From: Chloroflexota bacterium
GTDB lineage: Bacteria > Chloroflexota > UBA11872
DNA length: 51,629 nt
NCBI GenBank assembly: GCA_028875175.1
Contig: JAPPFO010000031.1
Coordinates: 1-51,629 of the forward strand
Reading direction: 5' to 3'
The position numbers were made by a program, and so were the translations under genes. The first letter of the stretch is position 1. Each line of letters begins with the position of its first letter. Shown one piece after another: positions 27,866-39,522 of this stretch. Below the pieces are notes generated by a model that did not search any database, had not been told where the DNA came from, and saw only the letters and a program-made list of their open reading frames with translations.

Positions 27866-29947
27866 TTACGAAACCGGCGTCAGAACTCCGTCCGCGGCAC
27901 CTGCTCGTTGGGTAACCGCGTAGTGGGAAAATTCCATCGAGAACGTTCCGCGACCCTGCGTCGCCGAACGCAACTCGTTAGCGTACCCGAACATTGTCGC
28001 CAGCGGTACCTCGGCCGCGATGATGTGCGATCCGCCACGCATGTCAGCGCCGTGGATGGTGCCCCGTTTGGCGGCCAAACCGGCCAGCGTGTCGCCCACG
28101 TAGTCCTCGGGCACAACGACTTGCACGCCCATTACCGGCTCCATCACATCCGTTCGCGCCTGGTTCAGCGCGTCCTCCACCGCCATGGCGCCGGCGATCT
28201 CAAACGCGAGTTCCGACGAGTCGACCTCGTGGTGCGAGCCGTCGACCAGGGTGATGCGAACGTCGGTGACCTCCATGCCCTGCGGGCCGCTGGTCAACCG
28301 GCGCGCGGCCCCGCGCTCGGCGGCGGGAATGAACTGCACGGGAATCGCACCGCCCACGATGCGCCGTTCAATCTGAACGCCCGTACCCAACGCCAGCGGC
28401 TCAAGCTCAACCGTCACGTCGCCATACTGCCCGCGACCGCCGGTTTGGCGAATGAAGCGGCCACGCCCGGTGGCTTCCCGGCGGGGGCGCTCGCGGTAGG
28501 ACACCTGCGGCCGGCCGACATTAGCGCCCACCCGGTACTCGCGAAGCAGGCGGTCCACGATGACCTCAAGATGCAACTCGCCCATGCCGGCAATAAGCGT
28601 CTGCCCCGTCTCCTCATTGGCGCTGATTCGGAAGGTCGGATCTTCCTCACCCAGCCGCCGCAGCGCGTCGATAATCTTGTCCTGGTCGCCGCGGCTCTTC
28701 GGTTCGATGGCGATGGTCACCACGGGCTCGGGGAAGGTGATGGACTCCAGTTGCAGGGGGTACTTGGGGTCCGTCAGGGTGTCGCCGGTATTGGTCGCGC
28801 GGACTCCCACGGCGGCCAGAATGTCGCCGTAGCGGATTGCGTCGGTAACTTCCTCGCGCTTGTCGGCGTGCATCCGCAGAACGCGTGACAGGCGCTCGCG
28901 CTTTCCGGCGGCTGTATTCAGCACGGTGGACCCCGGCTTGATGGACCCCGAATACACGCGGAAGTAGGCCAGCTTGCCGGCGTGCGGATCCGCCACGATC
29001 TTGAACGCGATCGCGGTGAACGGATCGTCTTCCGCGGGACGCCGTTGCTCTTCCGCGCCGGTCTTCGGGTTGATTCCAGTCACCGGCGGAACGTCCAGCG
29101 GCGATGGGAGATAGTCTGTGATGGCGTCCAGCAACGGCTCGATGCCCTTGTTGCGCAAGGCGGAACCCATCAGCACCGGAACTCCCTGGGCCGCCACGGT
29201 CATCCGCCGTAGGGCGACCTTCAACTCGGCGGTCGGGAGGTCCTCGCCATCCAGGTACTTGGTGGCAATGTCGTCATCGAGCTCAGCCAGGGCCTCGATC
29301 ATTTGCTCGCGCGCGTCGAGCGCGGACGCTTCCAGTTCCGCCGGAATCGGGCCTCGCTCAGGGGCTGCAAGACTGTCCGCCGGCCAGCGGATGACGTGCA
29401 TGGCCACGAGGTCAATCACGCCCTCGAAATCGGCTTCAAAGCCGACCGGAATCTGGATAGGCACGGGATTGGCGCCCAGCCGTTCGCGGATCGATTCGAT
29501 CGTCGCGTCAAAGTCCGCTCCGCGCCGGTCCATCTTGTTGATGAACGCGACCCGCGGGACGCTATAGCGGTCTGCCTGCCGCCAGACGGTCTCCGACTGC
29601 GGCTCCACGCCATTGACGGCGTCAAAGACGACAACCCCGCCATCGAGCACCCGCAACGAACGCTCGACTTCAGCGGTGAAGTCAACGTGACCCGGCGTAT
29701 CGATGATGTTGATTCGGTGGTCGTTCCATGAAGCCGTGGTGGCGGCGGCCACAATCGTGATTCCCCGCTCGCGTTCCTGCGCCATCCAATCCATCTGGGC
29801 GTTGCCGTCGTGGACTTCGCCAACACGGTGAATCCGGCCGCAGTAGAACAGGATGCGTTCGGTGGTGGTGGTCTTGCCCGCATCGATGTGGGCAATGATT
29901 CCAATGTTGCGCGTGCGCGAAATATCCTGGGTGTTCATGGGCCTCAT
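27866..29947 (-). CDS. fusA: Elongation factor G
   Basis: 693-aa ORF with [23 protein letters not shown] and NKMDR. Confidence 0.97.
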   Translation of the reverse strand: MRPMNTQDISRTRNIGIIAHIDAGKTTTTERILFYCGRIHRVGEVHDGNAQMDWMAQERERGITIVAAATTASWNDHRINIIDTPGHVDFTAEVERSLRVLDGGVVVFDAVNGVEPQSETVWRQADRYSVPRVAFINKMDRRGADFDATIESIRERLGANPVPIQIPVGFEADFEGVIDLVAMHVIRWPADSLAAPERGPIPAELEASALDAREQMIEALAELDDDIATKYLDGEDLPTAELKVALRRMTVAAQGVPVLMGSALRNKGIEPLLDAITDYLPSPLDVPPVTGINPKTGAEEQRRPAEDDPFTAIAFKIVADPHAGKLAYFRVYSGSIKPGSTVLNTAAGKRERLSRVLRMHADKREEVTDAIRYGDILAAVGVRATNTGDTLTDPKYPLQLESITFPEPVVTIAIEPKSRGDQDKIIDALRRLGEEDPTFRISANEETGQTLIAGMGELHLEVIVDRLLREYRVGANVGRPQVSYRERPRREATGRGRFIRQTGGRGQYGDVTVELEPLALGTGVQIERRIVGGAIPVQFIPAAERGAARRLTSGPQGMEVTDVRITLVDGSHHEVDSSELAFEIAGAMAVEDALNQARTDVMEPVMGVQVVVPEDYVGDTLAGLAAKRGTIHGADMRGGSHIIAAEVPLATMFGYANELRSATQGRGTFSMEFSHYAVTQRAGAADGVLTPVS

Positions 29948-29971
29948 GTCTCGGGATTCAGACAGGTGGAA

Positions 29972-30442
29972 CTAATACGCGTAAATCGCGAACGCGCGGT
30001 TCGCTTCCGCCATGCGATGTATCTCATCGCGCCGCCGAACCGCACCGCCCTGTCCGTCGGCGGCTTCCATCAACTCCGCGGCTAGACGCTCGGGCATGGA
30101 GCGGCCGCCACGACTTCGCGAGGCGTCAATCAGCCAACGCACGGCCAACGAGTAGCGACGGTCTCCACGTATCTCCACGGGAACCTGATAATTCGCGCCA
30201 CCCACGCGTCGCGGCTTAACTTCAATCTGCGGCATCGCGTTGCGCACGGCGGCTTCAAAGACGTCGATCGCGGGCGCACCAGTCCGGCCTTCAATGATGT
30301 CAAAGGCGCGATAGACGATCCGCTGCGAAAGCGACTTCTTGCCACTCTGCATGATCTTGTTGATAAAGCGCTGGACCGTGCGGTTATTAAAGCGCGGATC
30401 CGGAGGAATCACGCGGCGCTCTGGCCGCTTACGGCGAGGCAT
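29972..30442 (-). CDS. rpsG: 30S ribosomal protein S7
   Basis: MPRRKRPERRVIPPDPRFN ... NRAFAIYAY. Confidence 0.97.
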   Translation of the reverse strand: MPRRKRPERRVIPPDPRFNNRTVQRFINKIMQSGKKSLSQRIVYRAFDIIEGRTGAPAIDVFEAAVRNAMPQIEVKPRRVGGANYQVPVEIRGDRRYSLAVRWLIDASRSRGGRSMPERLAAELMEAADGQGGAVRRRDEIHRMAEANRAFAIYAY

Positions 30443-30514
30443 CAGAGGGCGTTTGGCCGCTGAGCGGCGACACTGGCGGTGAACATCATCGGATCGGCGG
30501 CTGTAACCCTGGCT

Positions 30515-30928
30515 CTAGCTTCCGCGCTTCGCGCCGTATTTTGACCGGCTTCGACGCCGACCTTCCACGCCATCCGCGTCCAAGGTCCCGCGCACGATGT
30601 GGTAGCGAACACCCGGCAGGTCGCGAACCCGGCCGCCACGGATCAGCACCACCGAGTGCTCCTGAAGTCGATGGCCCTCGCCCGGTATATAGGCGGTCAC
30701 TTCAATGCCATTGGATAGGCGTACCCGCGCCACCTTACGTAGCGCCGAATTGGGCTTCTTTGGCGTTACCGTGCGAACCAACGTGCAAACGCCCCGCTTC
30801 TGCGGGGAACCTTCACCACGCTGCATGCGTCGCCGCAACCCGTTATAGGAGTAGTGCAACGCCGGCGCCTTTAACTTGCCCCGGCGCTGCTTTCGTCCCT
30901 TGCGAACGAGCTGATTAATCGTCGGCAC
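30515..30928 (-). CDS. rpsL: 30S ribosomal protein S12 (with internal insertion)
   Basis: [11 protein letters not shown] and [62 protein letters not shown] 30928 gives the canonical (M)PTINQL N-terminus. The ORF-track start at 30982 is rejected. Confidence 0.95.
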   Translation of the reverse strand: MPTINQLVRKGRKQRRGKLKAPALHYSYNGLRRRMQRGEGSPQKRGVCTLVRTVTPKKPNSALRKVARVRLSNGIEVTAYIPGEGHRLQEHSVVLIRGGRVRDLPGVRYHIVRGTLDADGVEGRRRSRSKYGAKRGS

Positions 30929-31000
30929 GGTGTAACCTACGGATCCCTTACGTAGAAAAGGCGCGGCGGCGACGCACCGCACGCGACATCGGGAAGCCTA

Positions 31001-34000
31001 TCACCGGCTTTCCCCATCGTCAACGTTTTCGCCGTCCGCCGCCGGATCCGGACGTACGGCCGACGATTCGTCGATACCGAGCTCCTCCGAGGGGCGCAGG
31101 AAATCGGCAAACTCATCGCTGGCGCCGCTTGGCGACGTTTCAATGCCGGCCAGCAGGTCGCTTTCGGCGGCGTCCATTGGCGGCGCACCGCCCGCCGCGA
31201 CACCGGCCTGGGCGCCGATGTCCAGGTCCGGAGCCGCGTCAGCGCCATTGTCGGGATCGCGCAGATCGTCAAGCGACACCCCCTCGGCCATGTGCATGGC
31301 CTCGGTGTCGATCAGGACGTCCGACTGGCTGGGGGCTTCGAGCGCCGGACCGTGATAGCGATCCCATCCCGTACCAGCCGGAATGAGCTTGCCGATGATC
31401 ACGTTCTCCTTCAGCCCATGCAACTGATCGGTCTTGCCTTCCACCACGGCTTCTGTGAGCACGCGCGTGGTGTCCTGGAACGATGCCGCGGCCAGAAAAC
31501 TCTCGTTATTCAACGAGGCCTTGGTCACGCCCAGCAACACTTCGTGCGAGTCCGCAGCCTGGCCGCCGGTTTCCGCGACTTGCACGTTGGTCTGGGCAAG
31601 CGTGGACCGGTCGACCAGCGTGCCTGGCAAGAGCGAGGTGTCACCCGGCGTGTCCACGGTGTTGTGGCGAAGCATCTGGCGGATGATGATCTCGATGTGC
31701 TTGTCGTTCACCGCCACGCCGACCATGCGGTAGACACGCTGGACTTCGCTGACGATGTACTGCTGCAACTGGGCACGGCCGCGCAGCCGCAGGATGTCGT
31801 GCGGGTTAAGCGGTCCTTCGGTGAGCTGATCGCCCTCGCGGACAAACTCGCCGCTATGTACGCGCAGTTCAGCGGCCAGCGAGACCGGGTACTCGCTGAC
31901 ATCTTCCTCTTCGGCGCGAACGACGATCCGGCCCTCGTGAATCTCCACGACTCCGTCAGCCTCGGCCGTGACGCCAATGCCGGCGACCTTGGCCAGCGCG
32001 CGCTTGCTGATCGTGTTGGTCTTGCTCTTGGCCTTGCGAGCCAGCAGGTCCTCCGCCTCGGCCGTCGGCACGGCCAGAACCCCGTTCCTGGCAATGTCGG
32101 CGCCGTCGTCGACAATCGGGACCATGCCCGGCTCAAGCGTGTACTCGTACTCGTGCACGTGAGCTGAAACAACCCGTACTCGCCGCTGCTCGTCCTCTTC
32201 AATGACTTCGACCGTGCCGTCGATGTCGCTCATCACGGCGACACCCTTGGGGATCCGCGCCTCGAAGAGTTCCTGCACTCGCGGCAAGCCCTGCTCCTTA
32301 TCCACGATGTCCGCGCCCACGGTCGCGATGCCACCCAGATGGAAGGTCCGCATCGTGAGCTGCGTCGCCGGCTCGCCCATGGACTGGGCGGCGATGATGC
32401 CAACGGCGGCGCCCTCCGCCACCAATCCGTGGCGAGCCAGGTCCATGCCGTAGCACATCTGGCACAGGCCGCGAGCGTTGGCGCAGGTCATGGGCGATCG
32501 GATCGTGGCCGACTGCACGCCGGCGTCATCAATCAGCTTGACCAGGTCGTGATCGATCAGCGTGCCCAACGGCACGATGATTTCACCGGTGTCCGGATGC
32601 ACGATCGGTCGTGCCGGAAAGCGGCCAAAGCAGCGGACGCCCACGGAATCCAGCACCTCGTCCAGGGTCCCGACTTCCACGGGAATCCCGTCCAACGTGC
32701 CGCAGTCGTCGCCCATGACAATCACGTCCTGGGCCACGTCCACCAGCCGGCGGGTGAGATAGCCACTGTCGGCGGTGCGGAGCGCCGTGTCGGCCAGCCC
32801 CTTGCGTCCGCCGTGCGTGGAGATGAAGTACTCGTGCGCCGACATCCCCTCGCGGAAGTTCGCGCGTACGGGCATTTCGATGATCCGGCCAGCCGGGTTG
32901 GACATCAGTCCACGCATCCCCGAGATCTGCCGGATCTGGTCAAAGTTGCCCTTGGCCGCGCCTGAGTTGCCCATCATGAAAACAGGACTCATCGGATCGA
33001 GGCTCGTCTCCACGGAGCTTGAGACGGTGGCCATGGCATCGGTCCAGGCCTTGACGGTGAGCCGGTAGCGTTCGTCGTCGGTGATTAGTCCGTCGTCGAA
33101 GCTGGCCCTGATGGCGCTGACCCGGGCATCCGTTTCCTGCTCGACCTGGCGCTTGACCGCAGGGATCTCAAGATCCGTGATCCCCATCGTCACGCCCGAG
33201 CGCGTGGCCCACTGCATGCCCAGGTTCTTGAGCTGGTTGGCGACCTCGCCGGTTACGTCCATGTCGGTGTTGAAGAACACCATCTCGATCACACGACGCA
33301 GGCCGCCCTTGTCCAGCTGTTCGTTGACGAACCGCAACTCTCGAGGGATGGCTTGGTTGAGCATGATTCGCCCGGCGGACGTCGTGATGAATGCCGGACC
33401 GTCCTGGCCGGCCACCTCGTCTGGGAAGTCCTCAGGCGTAACTCGCAGGCGGATCCTTTCCTGCAGATTCACCGCATTGTGGTCGTAGGCCAGCATGGCG
33501 TCGGTGAAATTGCCGAAGGCCTGAAGGTCGTCCTCGTCTCGGTCATCCGGCTTGATCTGGGTCAGGTAATAAGCGCCCAGCACCATGTCCTTCGTCGGGC
33601 TGACGATGGGCGTCCCATCCGCCGGCGAAAGGATGTTGTGGGTGCTCTTCATGATGTGGCGGGCCTCGTCCTGCGCCGCTCGGCTCAGCGGCACGTGGAC
33701 GGCCATCTGGTCGCCATCGAAGTCGGCATTAAACGCCGTGCACACCAGCGGATGTATCTGGATGGCGCTGCCGCGAACCAGCACGATGTCGAACGCCTGG
33801 ATCCCCAGCCGGTGCAACGTCGGCGCGCGGTTTAGCAGCACGGGATGGTCGCGCGTGACTTCCTCCAACGCATTCCACACCAGTGGCTCGGGATGCTCCA
33901 CCATTCGCTTGGCGCTCTTGATGTTGCTGGCATGCCCGTCGTCCACGAGCTTGCGCATCACGAACGGTTTGAACAGCTCCAGGGCCATCTTGGTCGGGAG

Positions 34001-35638
34001 GCCGCACTGGTTGAGATTGAGATGCGGACCCACCACGATCACGGAGCGCCCGGAGTAGTCCACCCGCTTGCCCAAAAGGTTCTGGCGGAAGCGGCCCTGC
34101 TTGCCGCGCAGCAAGTCGCTGAGCGACTTGTAGGGATGGTTCGACGATCCCGTCACGGCGCGACCGCGCCGCCCATTGTCAATCAGCGCGTCAACGGCCT
34201 CCTGCAGCATGCGCTTCTCATTGCGCACGATGATCTCGGGCGCCCCGAGCTCAATCAGTCGCTTGAGCCGGTTGTTGCGGTTGATTACCCGGCGGTAGAG
34301 ATCGTTCAGGTCACTGGTGGCAAAGCGTCCACCGTCCAGCTGCACCATGGGTCGCAATTCCGGCGGCAACACCGGCAGCACGTTCAGGATCATCCATTCC
34401 GGACGGTTGCCCGAGCGGCGGAACGCCTCCACGACCTTCAGCCGCTTGGCGGCCTTCTTTTGCCGCTGCTTCGAGGTCGCGTTCAACTCCTCGCGCAACT
34501 CAGCCGCCAGTTCATCAAGATCTACGTCGGCAATCAGGTCAAGGATGGCTTCCGCGCCAATGCCGGCCTCGAACACGCTCGGGTGCCGCACCCGACCGGC
34601 CGCGTCCAGCACATCGCCGCAGGTGCGCGTGAGATCCTGGTGACGCGGCTCGGAAAGGAGCTGACGCAGCTCCAGCGCGCCGAGGTCCTTGCGACGCTGT
34701 TCATAGAACTCGCGCGCGTCCTGAATGTCGCGAACCCTGTCTTCTTCCAGGCGAGCCACCGCCTGTTCGCTCTCACGTCGCTCAGCGGCCTTCGTGGCGC
34801 CGAAGCGATCGCCAGCGCTTGATTTCTCAGCCTCAAAGCGGCCGGTCACTTCCGCAACGGCCGCTTCAACCTTCGCGTCAAGCTGCGCCAACGCGTCCTC
34901 GGGAGGCACGCGGCCCGCGGCGATAAAGGGTTCGGTTAGCCAGCTCAGCGTGGCGTCGTCCTCAAGCTTGCGCTGGCCAATGGCCGCCAGCAGGTTGCGG
35001 ACCGAAGCGGTTTCCTTATTGATGGAGTCGACACTGGCCTGGGCTTCAAGGTCCAGTCGCTTCAACTCATCCTCGAGCTGCGAGTCGAGTTGCGCTGTCT
35101 GGTCCTCCAGGCGCCGGTGCTCGTCCGCCAGGCGCATGGCCGCCGAGTCGTCAATCTCCTCGATGTAGTCGGTCAGATCCTGATCGACGCGACCCAGCGC
35201 CTCGTCACGGGCCTCTTCGTCAAGTTCGGTAACAATGAACGAGGCGAAGTAGACGATCTTCTCGAGATCGCGCGGCGTAATGTCCAGCACCTGGCCGATT
35301 CGACTTGGCGTGCCCTTGAGGAACCAGATGTGGGTAATCGGGGCCGCAAGCTCGATGTGCCCCATCCGTTCTCGCCGGACGCGCGAACGCGTAACTTCAA
35401 CGCCGCACTTGTCGCAGATGATGCCGCGGAAGCGCACGCGCTTGTACTTGCCGCAGGCGCACTCCCAGTCCTTGGTGGGGCCGAAGATGCGCTCGCAGAA
35501 CAGCCCGTCACGCTCAGGCTTCAGCGTGCGGTAATTGATCGTTTCCGGCTTTGCGACCTCGCCGTACGACCAGGATCGAACCTGATCCGGTGAGGCCAGG
35601 TGGATCCGAATCGCGCTGAACTTGTTGACTTCAAGCAT
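31001..35638 (-). CDS. rpoC: DNA-directed RNA polymerase subunit beta-prime (1545 aa)
   Basis: The N-terminal zinc motif is CACGKYK...CDKCGVEV. The catalytic motif is [12 protein letters not shown]. It also has the trigger-loop block MRTFHLGG and PAGTG near the C-terminus. Confidence 0.97.
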   Translation of the reverse strand: MLEVNKFSAIRIHLASPDQVRSWSYGEVAKPETINYRTLKPERDGLFCERIFGPTKDWECACGKYKRVRFRGIICDKCGVEVTRSRVRRERMGHIELAAPITHIWFLKGTPSRIGQVLDITPRDLEKIVYFASFIVTELDEEARDEALGRVDQDLTDYIEEIDDSAAMRLADEHRRLEDQTAQLDSQLEDELKRLDLEAQASVDSINKETASVRNLLAAIGQRKLEDDATLSWLTEPFIAAGRVPPEDALAQLDAKVEAAVAEVTGRFEAEKSSAGDRFGATKAAERRESEQAVARLEEDRVRDIQDAREFYEQRRKDLGALELRQLLSEPRHQDLTRTCGDVLDAAGRVRHPSVFEAGIGAEAILDLIADVDLDELAAELREELNATSKQRQKKAAKRLKVVEAFRRSGNRPEWMILNVLPVLPPELRPMVQLDGGRFATSDLNDLYRRVINRNNRLKRLIELGAPEIIVRNEKRMLQEAVDALIDNGRRGRAVTGSSNHPYKSLSDLLRGKQGRFRQNLLGKRVDYSGRSVIVVGPHLNLNQCGLPTKMALELFKPFVMRKLVDDGHASNIKSAKRMVEHPEPLVWNALEEVTRDHPVLLNRAPTLHRLGIQAFDIVLVRGSAIQIHPLVCTAFNADFDGDQMAVHVPLSRAAQDEARHIMKSTHNILSPADGTPIVSPTKDMVLGAYYLTQIKPDDRDEDDLQAFGNFTDAMLAYDHNAVNLQERIRLRVTPEDFPDEVAGQDGPAFITTSAGRIMLNQAIPRELRFVNEQLDKGGLRRVIEMVFFNTDMDVTGEVANQLKNLGMQWATRSGVTMGITDLEIPAVKRQVEQETDARVSAIRASFDDGLITDDERYRLTVKAWTDAMATVSSSVETSLDPMSPVFMMGNSGAAKGNFDQIRQISGMRGLMSNPAGRIIEMPVRANFREGMSAHEYFISTHGGRKGLADTALRTADSGYLTRRLVDVAQDVIVMGDDCGTLDGIPVEVGTLDEVLDSVGVRCFGRFPARPIVHPDTGEIIVPLGTLIDHDLVKLIDDAGVQSATIRSPMTCANARGLCQMCYGMDLARHGLVAEGAAVGIIAAQSMGEPATQLTMRTFHLGGIATVGADIVDKEQGLPRVQELFEARIPKGVAVMSDIDGTVEVIEEDEQRRVRVVSAHVHEYEYTLEPGMVPIVDDGADIARNGVLAVPTAEAEDLLARKAKSKTNTISKRALAKVAGIGVTAEADGVVEIHEGRIVVRAEEEDVSEYPVSLAAELRVHSGEFVREGDQLTEGPLNPHDILRLRGRAQLQQYIVSEVQRVYRMVGVAVNDKHIEIIIRQMLRHNTVDTPGDTSLLPGTLVDRSTLAQTNVQVAETGGQAADSHEVLLGVTKASLNNESFLAAASFQDTTRVLTEAVVEGKTDQLHGLKENVIIGKLIPAGTGWDRYHGPALEAPSQSDVLIDTEAMHMAEGVSLDDLRDPDNGADAAPDLDIGAQAGVAAGGAPPMDAAESDLLAGIETSPSGASDEFADFLRPSEELGIDESSAVRPDPAADGENVDDGESR

Positions 35639-35652
35639 TCGTTCGGGTCCTC

Positions 35653-38600
35653 CTACAGGCGGTATTCGCGACCCTGGATGTTGATGCCATCCAGGTCGGG
35701 CAGCTGGTCGTGCATGTGTTCGCCGGCCAGCGCGATTTCTTCCTCGGCGTCGTCCAGGATGTCCACGGAAACGCCAAGGCTCTGCAGTTCCTTCACGAGC
35801 ACCCGGAACGACTCCGGGATACCAGGTTCGAGAATTGATTCGCCTTTGACGATGGCTTCGTACGTCTTGACGCGCCCAAGAATGTCGTCGGACTTAACCG
35901 TCAGCATTTCTTGTAGCGTGTGGGCGGCGCCGTAGGCCTCCAGCGCCCAGACTTCCATCTCACCGAAACGCTGGCCGCCCATCTGCGCCTTGCCACCCAG
36001 GGGCTGCTGGGTGATGAGCGAGTACGGCCCGGTAGAGCGGGCGTGGATCTTGTCGTCCACCATGTGACCAAGCTTCATCATGTAGATGACGCCCACGGTG
36101 ACTTCCTGGTCGAAAGCCTCGCCGGTGCGGCCGTCGTACAAGACGGCTTTGCCGTTGGCCGGTAGCTCCGCTTCCTCAAGCGCCCTCGCAATGTCCGCTT
36201 CGTCGGCGCTATCGAATACGGGGCATACGGCGCGGAATCCAAGCTTCTCGGCCGCCCACCCTAGGTGCGTCTCCAGCGTCTGCCCCACGTTCATGCGGGA
36301 CGCGACGCCCAGCGGATTCAGGATGATGTCAACCGGCGTGCCGTCAGCGAGATACGGCATGTCCTCTTGGGGCAGGATCATCGAGATCACGCCCTTATTC
36401 CCGTGGCGGCCGGCCATCTTGTCGCCGACCATCAGCTTGCGCTTCGAGGCAACGCTGACCCGAATCATTTCGGTCACGCCCGCTTGGAGATCGTCGCCGT
36501 CCTCGGCTGAGAACCGGCGCACGTCGATCACACGACCGTATTCGCCCGCCGGAACGTGCTTTGAGGTGTCCTTCACTTCCCGCGCGTCGCGCCCGAAGAT
36601 GGCGCGCAGCAGCCGGTCTTCGCCCGAGAGTTCGGTTTCACCCTTGGGCGTGATCTTGCCGACGAGCACGTCGTCCGGCCCGACCTCCGCCCCGACATAC
36701 ACCACGCCGGTGTCGTCCAGGTTGCGAAGGGCTTCTTCGTTCTGATTCGGTATGTCGCGCGTAATCTCCTCGGCGCCAAGCTTCGTGTCCCGCGCCTCCA
36801 CCTCGTACTTCTCGATGTGGATCGAGGTAAACACGTCGTCCTTCAGCAGGCGCTCGCTGACGACAATGGCATCCTCGTAATTGCCACCTTCCCAGAACAT
36901 GAACGCCACCACGATGTTCTGCCCCAGGGCGATCATGCCGTCGGCGGTCGCCATGCTCTCCGCGATCGTTTGACCCGCCCTCACGGTGTCTCCGGCAGCC
37001 ACCACCGGACGCTGGCTGATGCAGGTTGCCGTGTTGGACCGGTCGAACTTGCGCAGGCGGTAAACCCGCGTGCTCTCGGCGTCGCCGTGATCGATCGTGA
37101 TTTCGCGCGAGGTCACGTGCGTCACCTCGCCGTCGGCCGCTGCCAGCACCATATGCCCGGAGTCCCTCGCGGTGGCCCCTTCCATTCCGGTGGCCACCAG
37201 CGGCGCCTCGGGCGTAATCAGCGGCACGGCCTGTCGCTGCATGTTGGCGCCCATCAGCGCGCGATTGGCGTCGTCGTGCTCCAGGAAGGGAATCATGGCC
37301 GTCGCCAGGCTTACGATCTGCTGCGGCGATGAATCCAGATACTCAACAGTAGCCGCGTCGGCCTCGAAGAAATGCGGTCCTCGGCGTACCGACACCCGAT
37401 CCATGACGATTTCATTGGCATCGTTGAGTCTGGTCTTGGCCTGCGCGATCGTGTGGCGCTCCTCCTCGTCGGCGGCCAGGTACTCGATTTCGTTGGTCAC
37501 AATCGGGCGAACGCGCACGTCAAGCTTGTCGGCGCCGTCGATCTGGCTTATGGCCTGCGCCAACGCTTCGTCGATCACGTCGCCGGCCTGTGCCAACGGC
37601 TCGTCGCCTTCCGCTGCCGCGACTGGCTCGACCAGCGTGCGCCCCGCCAGCATCGCGGCGTCTCCCGCCGGAATCTGCGTGACAACCCGTCGGTACGGCG
37701 TCTCGATGAATCCGTAGGAGTTGACCCGTGCCAGGGTTGCGAGAGTGTTGATCAGGCCGATGTTCGGCCCTTCGGGCGTCTCGATAGGACAGACCCGACC
37801 GTAGTGGCTGTAGTGCACGTCGCGTACGTCAAAGCCGGCGCGCTCGCGCGAGAGGCCGCCGGGCCCCATGGCGCTGAGCCGGCGCTTGTGCGCGAGCTCC
37901 GCCATCGGATTGGCCTGGTCCATGAACTGTGAGAGCTGGCTGCCGCCAAAGAACTCCTTAACCGCGGCGGTCACCGGCCGGGTGTTGATCAGCCCGGACG
38001 GCGTCGCCTCCGCGGCGTTCTGAATGCTCATGCGCTCCTTGATCACGCGCTCCATGCGCAGCAGCCCGACACGGAATTGGTCGGCCAGCAGCTCACCCAC
38101 TGCGCGCACGCGCCGATTCCCCAGGTGGTCAATGTGGTCGGGCACGCCCTGCGTGACGTTCAGGTGCACGATCTCGCGCACGATGGCGACGAGATCATTC
38201 GGCTCAAGCGTTCGCACGGTTTCTTCCGTTTGAAGCTCAAGGCGCTTGTTGAGCTTGTAGCGTCCGACGGGCCCCAGGTCGTAGCGGCGCTTCTCGAAGA
38301 ACGTCTGCTCGATCAGCGTGCGAGCGTTGTCAACCGTGGCCGGATCGCCGGGACGCAACCGGCCGTACAGGCGGATCAGCGCTTCTTCGGTGTTCACCAC
38401 TCCGTCGCGACGATCGTCTTCGATCGGCGCTTCGATAAACCGATGCTCCGGGTCGCTGTCGACGTCCGCAAACGCCTCAAGCAGTGCCGCGTCCTCACTC
38501 AGTTCGGGCTCGATCGCGCGCAGAAACGTGGTGACCGGTAGCTTGCGCTTGCGGTCGATCTTGACGTTCACCACGGACTGGTTGCTCGTCTCAAATTCCA

Positions 38601-39114
38601 ACCAGGCGCCGCGCTTGGGAATGAGCTTGGCCCCGAAGCGCCGACGGCCCGTCGCCGGATCGACCTCCGCGGAGAAGTAGACGCCCGGCGACCGCACGAG
38701 CTGGCTCACGACCACACGCTCGGCCCCGTTGTAGATGAATGTGCCTTGGCGCGTCATGAGCGGGAAGTCGCCCATGTACACGACCATTTCCTTGATTTCA
38801 CCCGTCTGCTTGTTGTGCAGGCGGGCCTTTACCCGAAGCGGAACCTGGTAGGTGCGATCTTGCTCGCGGCAGTCTTCCTCGGTGTACTTCGGCACGTCGA
38901 AGGCGTCGTCCGGCACTTCAAAATGCAGTTCCAGGTTTTTCCCCGTGAAGTCCTGGATGGGCGAAATTTCGGCGAACAGTTCGCGCAGGTACTCGTTCTT
39001 GAACCGTTCGAACGATTCGAGCTGGGTAGAGACCAGGTGCGGCATGTCCAGGATGCTCGAGACACGCCCGTAATGCCGCTCCTCAACGCCCGAAGTCGTG
39101 CCGTTTGAACTCAT
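35653..39114 (-). CDS. rpoB: DNA-directed RNA polymerase subunit beta
   Basis: Full-length beta similarity, for example [19 protein letters not shown] and NKGVIS. I place the start at ATG 39114 (MSSNGTT...) because AAGGAG (39125-39130, minus) sits 10 nt upstream. The ORF-track start at 39210 adds an Arg-rich non-homologous leader. Confidence 0.95.
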   Translation of the reverse strand: MSSNGTTSGVEERHYGRVSSILDMPHLVSTQLESFERFKNEYLRELFAEISPIQDFTGKNLELHFEVPDDAFDVPKYTEEDCREQDRTYQVPLRVKARLHNKQTGEIKEMVVYMGDFPLMTRQGTFIYNGAERVVVSQLVRSPGVYFSAEVDPATGRRRFGAKLIPKRGAWLEFETSNQSVVNVKIDRKRKLPVTTFLRAIEPELSEDAALLEAFADVDSDPEHRFIEAPIEDDRRDGVVNTEEALIRLYGRLRPGDPATVDNARTLIEQTFFEKRRYDLGPVGRYKLNKRLELQTEETVRTLEPNDLVAIVREIVHLNVTQGVPDHIDHLGNRRVRAVGELLADQFRVGLLRMERVIKERMSIQNAAEATPSGLINTRPVTAAVKEFFGGSQLSQFMDQANPMAELAHKRRLSAMGPGGLSRERAGFDVRDVHYSHYGRVCPIETPEGPNIGLINTLATLARVNSYGFIETPYRRVVTQIPAGDAAMLAGRTLVEPVAAAEGDEPLAQAGDVIDEALAQAISQIDGADKLDVRVRPIVTNEIEYLAADEEERHTIAQAKTRLNDANEIVMDRVSVRRGPHFFEADAATVEYLDSSPQQIVSLATAMIPFLEHDDANRALMGANMQRQAVPLITPEAPLVATGMEGATARDSGHMVLAAADGEVTHVTSREITIDHGDAESTRVYRLRKFDRSNTATCISQRPVVAAGDTVRAGQTIAESMATADGMIALGQNIVVAFMFWEGGNYEDAIVVSERLLKDDVFTSIHIEKYEVEARDTKLGAEEITRDIPNQNEEALRNLDDTGVVYVGAEVGPDDVLVGKITPKGETELSGEDRLLRAIFGRDAREVKDTSKHVPAGEYGRVIDVRRFSAEDGDDLQAGVTEMIRVSVASKRKLMVGDKMAGRHGNKGVISMILPQEDMPYLADGTPVDIILNPLGVASRMNVGQTLETHLGWAAEKLGFRAVCPVFDSADEADIARALEEAELPANGKAVLYDGRTGEAFDQEVTVGVIYMMKLGHMVDDKIHARSTGPYSLITQQPLGGKAQMGGQRFGEMEVWALEAYGAAHTLQEMLTVKSDDILGRVKTYEAIVKGESILEPGIPESFRVLVKELQSLGVSVDILDDAEEEIALAGEHMHDQLPDLDGINIQGREYRL

Positions 39115-39343
39115 GAATCGCCTGCTCCTTCGTGCTTCGACAAACGGTATTGAACACGCCCGGGCACGCCGCAGCCACGGCGCACGGACCGAGCGCCCGT
39201 GTGCAGCCAATCGTGGAGTGGGTAGGAATACGCAGCGCAGCGACGCACGGAGGCCGCGGTCGTCAGCGAGCCCTGCGACAAGTACTGCGTCAGCGCGTCA
39301 CATCCGTTTTCGAATAAGTACCTGGTGGTCGCAAGGCACAGAC

Positions 39344-39369
39344 ACCCAGCCCGCAAATGCCGGCTGGGT
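39344..39369 (-). other. GC-rich hairpin inside the putative rpoB leader
   Basis: ACCCAGCC (39344-39351) pairs with GGCTGGGT (39362-39369). Two further inner pairs lie around an AAAT/ATTT tetraloop. No U-tract follows on either strand. Confidence 0.3.
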
Positions 39370-39429
39370 CGTGGCTCTTCAGTTGTCTCGCGGCCGAGCA
39401 GCTATTCGGACACCCCCACGTTGGATGCC

Positions 39430-39457
39430 ATCGTAACACACGGCCGCCGGCTGTCCA
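39430..39457 (-). promoter_or_regulatory. Candidate sigma-70-type promoter for rpoBC
   Basis: The minus strand reads TGGACA-16 nt-TACGAT, with TGT immediately upstream of the -10 (extended -10-like). This would give a ~310-nt leader before the rpoB ATG at 39114. It is a pattern match only. Confidence 0.25.
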
Positions 39458-39506
39458 GGCCAACGTCTGGCTGCCGCGCATCGTAAGGACGACCCGTTGA
39501 CCCGGA

Positions 39507-39522
39507 CGGGCCCTTCGGCCCG
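39507..39522 (-). terminator. Candidate stem-loop downstream of the HIT gene (possible end of the grpE-dnaJ-prmA-HIT transcript)
   Basis: A 6-bp all-GC stem CGGGCC/GGCCCG with a 4-nt loop lies 50 nt past the HIT stop. It is flanked by two further 5-bp hairpins (39523-39537 and 39543-39558). There is no canonical U-tract. Confidence 0.25.

Noticed and set aside
35653-39210. N-terminal extensions implied by the longest-ORF track for rpoB (39210), rplF (19780), rpmD (18217), rpmC (22155), rpsL (30982), the priming transferase (47139), GT2 (48230) and GT4 (51554).
   Set aside because: The extensions overlap the upstream gene in another frame and are non-homologous Arg-rich sequence. In each case an internal ATG, GTG or TTG gives the canonical N-terminus and a 4-nt overlap or a good Shine-Dalgarno.
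39111-39481. Small ORFs in the rpoB upstream gap (39111-39356 minus, 81 aa; 39290-39481 minus, 63 aa; 39098-39436 plus, 112 aa).
   Set aside because: They have no Shine-Dalgarno, Cys/Arg/Gly-rich non-protein-like composition and mutual overlap. I treat the region as non-coding leader (see finding).
39429-39486. 8-nt direct repeat catcgtaa (minus strand TTACGATG) at 39429-39436 and 39479-39486 in the rpoB upstream gap.
   Set aside because: In a ~460-nt region, about one chance 8-mer repeat is expected, so it is not significant by itself.
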